From positions 252,851 through 316,850 of the forward strand of contig CAVOLK010000005.1 of the NCBI GenBank assembly GCA_963696765.1: a DNA stretch of 64,000 bases, written 5' to 3'. Position 1 is the first letter of the stretch. Each line of letters starts with the position of its first letter. The notes under the pieces are model-generated. The model was not told the DNA's origin. It saw only the letters and a program-made list of their open reading frames with translations, and ran no database searches. The position numbers and the translations under genes were made by a program. Positions 61,398-64,000 of this stretch are shown in pieces. Origin of the DNA: an uncultured Acidobacteriota bacterium. Its GTDB lineage: Bacteria; Acidobacteriota; Terriglobia; Terriglobales; Acidobacteriaceae.

Positions 61398-64000
61398 TTA
61401 ATTCAGTTTTGCATTCCAGTTCAGAACGATAGACATGGGCGTCATCTCTGTTTTCAATTGTGTGTTGATCAAGAATTTCTGGCCGTCTGAGCTGACGTCG
61501 TACGAGAAGAGTTCGGAAGTGGCGAACATTTCACGCGGATTCGCCTGGAAAAGCACCGTCGGAGTGCCGGCATCGAAGTTGGCTCCCGTTTTCACCGGTG
61601 CAGCCATAAGCTTGCTGTCGCTAGAGAGGTAGAAGAGTTCTTTCCCGTCACCCCGCCACCTGGGCTGATCTCCTCCCGCGCTCGACACCTGCCACTTTCC
61701 ATGCGCCTCGGGAAACGAAGTTACATATATTTCCCATCGTCCACTTTCATTCGAAGCGTACGCGACCCACTTGCCGTCCGGCGAGAAGCGGGCGCTCTTC
61801 AATGTGGAAGCCGCTTTAAGAAACTGACTAGCCCGCAGTTCTGGAAACGTTAAGAACCACAGGTCCGGGCCGCGCCCGTAAATCACGTACTTCCCGTCTC
61901 GCGACCAGTCCGTGGGAAATCGATCGGGACCATCCTGCGGAATGATCTTTTCCTCCTGCGCTCCATTGGTGTCTTTCAAATACAAGTCGAATTCGAGTTT
62001 TCGATTCGACGCAAAAATCATTCGGCTTCCATCTGGATTCCAAACGGGCAGCGAATCCAGAGCCGGATCGAATGTCAGCCGTTTCGCACTCCGGCTTTCG
62101 AGGTCGTAGGTGAAAATGTCGGTATTCTGGCTGACGGTATCTGTCGTCTCTGAGGCCGCAAACCTGCCGTTTGGGGACAGCATTACGTTGCCATAAATGC
62201 CAGGGTTCAGCGCGATTCCAATCTGCTGCCCTTTGCGATCGAACCAAAGTACTGGCGCTGCCCCCGAATCTGAATTACGTTGCGCTACAAGCAATCCAGT
62301 ACCGGTAGCTGCAAATACCGCCTGAGAAATTCGGGGAAAGAATTGAACATCGGTAAGGATGGGGGCGGGCTCCCCCTTCAACTCGAACTTGCTGGTGTCG
62401 AAGTGTTGCGCGAAAAGAGTCTGATCGCGATAAAACAGGAGATATTCCGGAGAGGCGTAGGCTGCGTTACCCTTCGCCTTGATCACAAACCGTTTCTCAT
62501 TCGAATTCAAGGAGCCGACATAGATGGAATAAAGATCTTTTCCCCCGGAAAGATTGATCGCGGAATATAAAAAATGAATTCCGTCGGGAAGGAACTGCGG
62601 CCAGCGATTGCTGTCTTCGCTGAGCGTCTTATCGGGCACGGTGACTTGCGTCGGCGTTCCCCCTGAGGCTGAAATTTTAGAGAGCCCGGTGCCCAGCGTT
62701 CCACTTGGCGTAAAAAGAATCACGCCGTTTTGGTTCCAGGTGCCGCCGCGGCCTGAGGACGCTTCGCACAAGGTCTGCACCGGACCGCCGCCCAGGCTTA
62801 ATTTCTTCAGCTTTCCATCGGCGAAGAATCCGATCGACCGCCCGTCGGGCGACCAGAACGGAAAACGAGCCCCTTCTGTGCTGGGCAGGCTGGTCGCTTC
62901 CGGTGTGCCCGGCTCGTAAATCCAGAGCGTATTATTTCTTTCGGATTCCAGTCGCCCAACGATCGCAACCGTATGGCCGTTGGGAGCGACGGCTATCGAG
63001 CGAGCTGCGAAAGGAAGCGGCGCAGAAAAATATGTGGTCTGTGCCGCCGCTTTCGATCCGCGCCACCACAGTAGCAAGGCGATCAGTAACAAGAGGAGTG
63101 CGCCAGCTACCCCCCAGGCGAGGGATTCGCGGTTGCCCCTTTTTATTTGTGTCGACGGCCTCAGAACCTGTATGCCGCTCTGGGCGATCCACTTCAACTG
63201 CAGCACGACATCCTGGGCGGTTTGAAATCGGTCTTCGGGATTTTTCGCCAGGCAGGCGGTAACGATGTGCTCGAGCGATGGCGGCGTCAGGGGCTGGACC
63301 ACCGAAATTGGCTCCGGTTCCTTATCGAGAATCGCGCTGGCCACGCTGATCTGACTCTTGCCTTCGAAAGGTCTCGCGCCGGTCACCATTTCGTATAGAA
63401 CCGCGCCGAGCGCAAACAGGTCTGATCGCGCATCCGCGTCCTTGCCCTCAATTTGTTCGGGCGACATGTACTGGATCGTCCCGACCATCGTGCCAGCCGT
63501 CGTCAGTGGCGAAACTGGGCTGGCCTGGCTCATCGTTCGGGCCGCGGACAAAAGGGGCGCGCTCGTTGCTCCGCTGGAAACGCCTGCCCCTGCTGACTTG
63601 GCCAGCCCAAAGTCCATCAGCTTCGCCCCGCCTTTGGTCAGCATGATGTTGCCCGGCTTCAGGTCGCGATGCACGATACCCTGGCGGTGGGCCACCGCCA
63701 GCGCTTCGGCCACGGAAATCCCAATCTTAAGAACTTCGTTTAGCGGCAAGCCTCCCTTCCGAAGCCGCTCGGCCAGAGTTTCCCCTTCGAGAAACTCCAT
63801 CACGAGGTAGTCGGCGCCGTCTTGCGATCCAATGTCGTAGAGATGGCAAATGTGCGGATGATTCAGCGAAGAAATGGCGCGAGCTTCGCGCTCCATGCGC
63901 TGCCTCAATTCCGGCGACGAAGAAAGATGGGAAGCTAAAACTTTAACCGCGACGATCCGGTCGAGGCGCACGTCCCTTGCACGGTACACTTCTCCCATTC
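61398..64000 (-). CDS. Ser/Thr protein kinase with TM segment and TolB-like beta-propeller domain (5' end outside the window)
   Basis: MGEVYRARD..VAVKVL, HRDLKPGNIML, DFGLAK, GTIQYMSPEQ; TM LAWGVAGALLLLLIALLLWW; repeated SPDG(R/K)xxxF/Y PD40-type blades. The glycine loop is missing, so the gene continues past 64000. Confidence 0.85.
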   Translation of the reverse strand, partial: MGEVYRARDVRLDRIVAVKVLASHLSSSPELRQRMEREARAISSLNHPHICHLYDIGSQDGADYLVMEFLEGETLAERLRKGGLPLNEVLKIGISVAEALAVAHRQGIVHRDLKPGNIMLTKGGAKLMDFGLAKSAGAGVSSGATSAPLLSAARTMSQASPVSPLTTAGTMVGTIQYMSPEQIEGKDADARSDLFALGAVLYEMVTGARPFEGKSQISVASAILDKEPEPISVVQPLTPPSLEHIVTACLAKNPEDRFQTAQDVVLQLKWIAQSGIQVLRPSTQIKRGNRESLAWGVAGALLLLLIALLLWWRGSKAAAQTTYFSAPLPFAARSIAVAPNGHTVAIVGRLESERNNTLWIYEPGTPEATSLPSTEGARFPFWSPDGRSIGFFADGKLKKLSLGGGPVQTLCEASSGRGGTWNQNGVILFTPSGTLGTGLSKISASGGTPTQVTVPDKTLSEDSNRWPQFLPDGIHFLYSAINLSGGKDLYSIYVGSLNSNEKRFVIKAKGNAAYASPEYLLFYRDQTLFAQHFDTSKFELKGEPAPILTDVQFFPRISQAVFAATGTGLLVAQRNSDSGAAPVLWFDRKGQQIGIALNPGIYGNVMLSPNGRFAASETTDTVSQNTDIFTYDLESRSAKRLTFDPALDSLPVWNPDGSRMIFASNRKLEFDLYLKDTNGAQEEKIIPQDGPDRFPTDWSRDGKYVIYGRGPDLWFLTFPELRASQFLKAASTLKSARFSPDGKWVAYASNESGRWEIYVTSFPEAHGKWQVSSAGGDQPRWRGDGKELFYLSSDSKLMAAPVKTGANFDAGTPTVLFQANPREMFATSELFSYDVSSDGQKFLINTQLKTEMTPMSIVLNWNAKLN

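Overview
High-GC chromosomal segment. Gene content, the abundance of sigma-54 regulators, a kinase-TolB fusion and the small palindromic repeat families suggest an Acidobacteriota/Terriglobia-like genome; this is inference with no database search. I can support about 50 protein genes: pilQ, an M24 aminopeptidase, accB-accC, thiE, two APC permeases, nnr, tsaE, fabI, two histidine-kinase/sigma-54 activator pairs, an OmpA-family protein, a GT4 glycosyltransferase, CDGSH and SpdH-like redox proteins, a LonN/AAA+/VWA/rhomboid cluster, a methyltransferase plus radical-SAM/SPASM pair, an ArsR operon, a uxuA/DeoR/alpha-galactosidase sugar cluster, and a Ser/Thr kinase-TolB fusion cut by the window end. 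I found no rRNA, tRNA, CRISPR, transposase or integrase. Four things stand out. (1) A complete Anbu (proteasome-like)/permuted ATP-grasp/alpha-E/transglutaminase operon lies at 56.0-61.3 kb; its function is unknown and each of its four genes carries one frame break. (2) Intergenic hairpins built from inverted tandem heptamer arrays recur at many gene junctions, with a locus-specific unit each time; 15-bp tandem arrays and several MITE-like palindromic repeat families are also present. (3) A 342-bp partial duplication of tsaE brackets an inserted secreted-protein gene. (4) At least 30 single-base frame breaks, almost all net +1, are clustered in some genes while long neighbouring genes are intact. 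This looks more like local consensus error than decay, but sequence alone cannot settle it. All coordinates of disrupted genes are merged spans reconstructed by hand from the ORF track.
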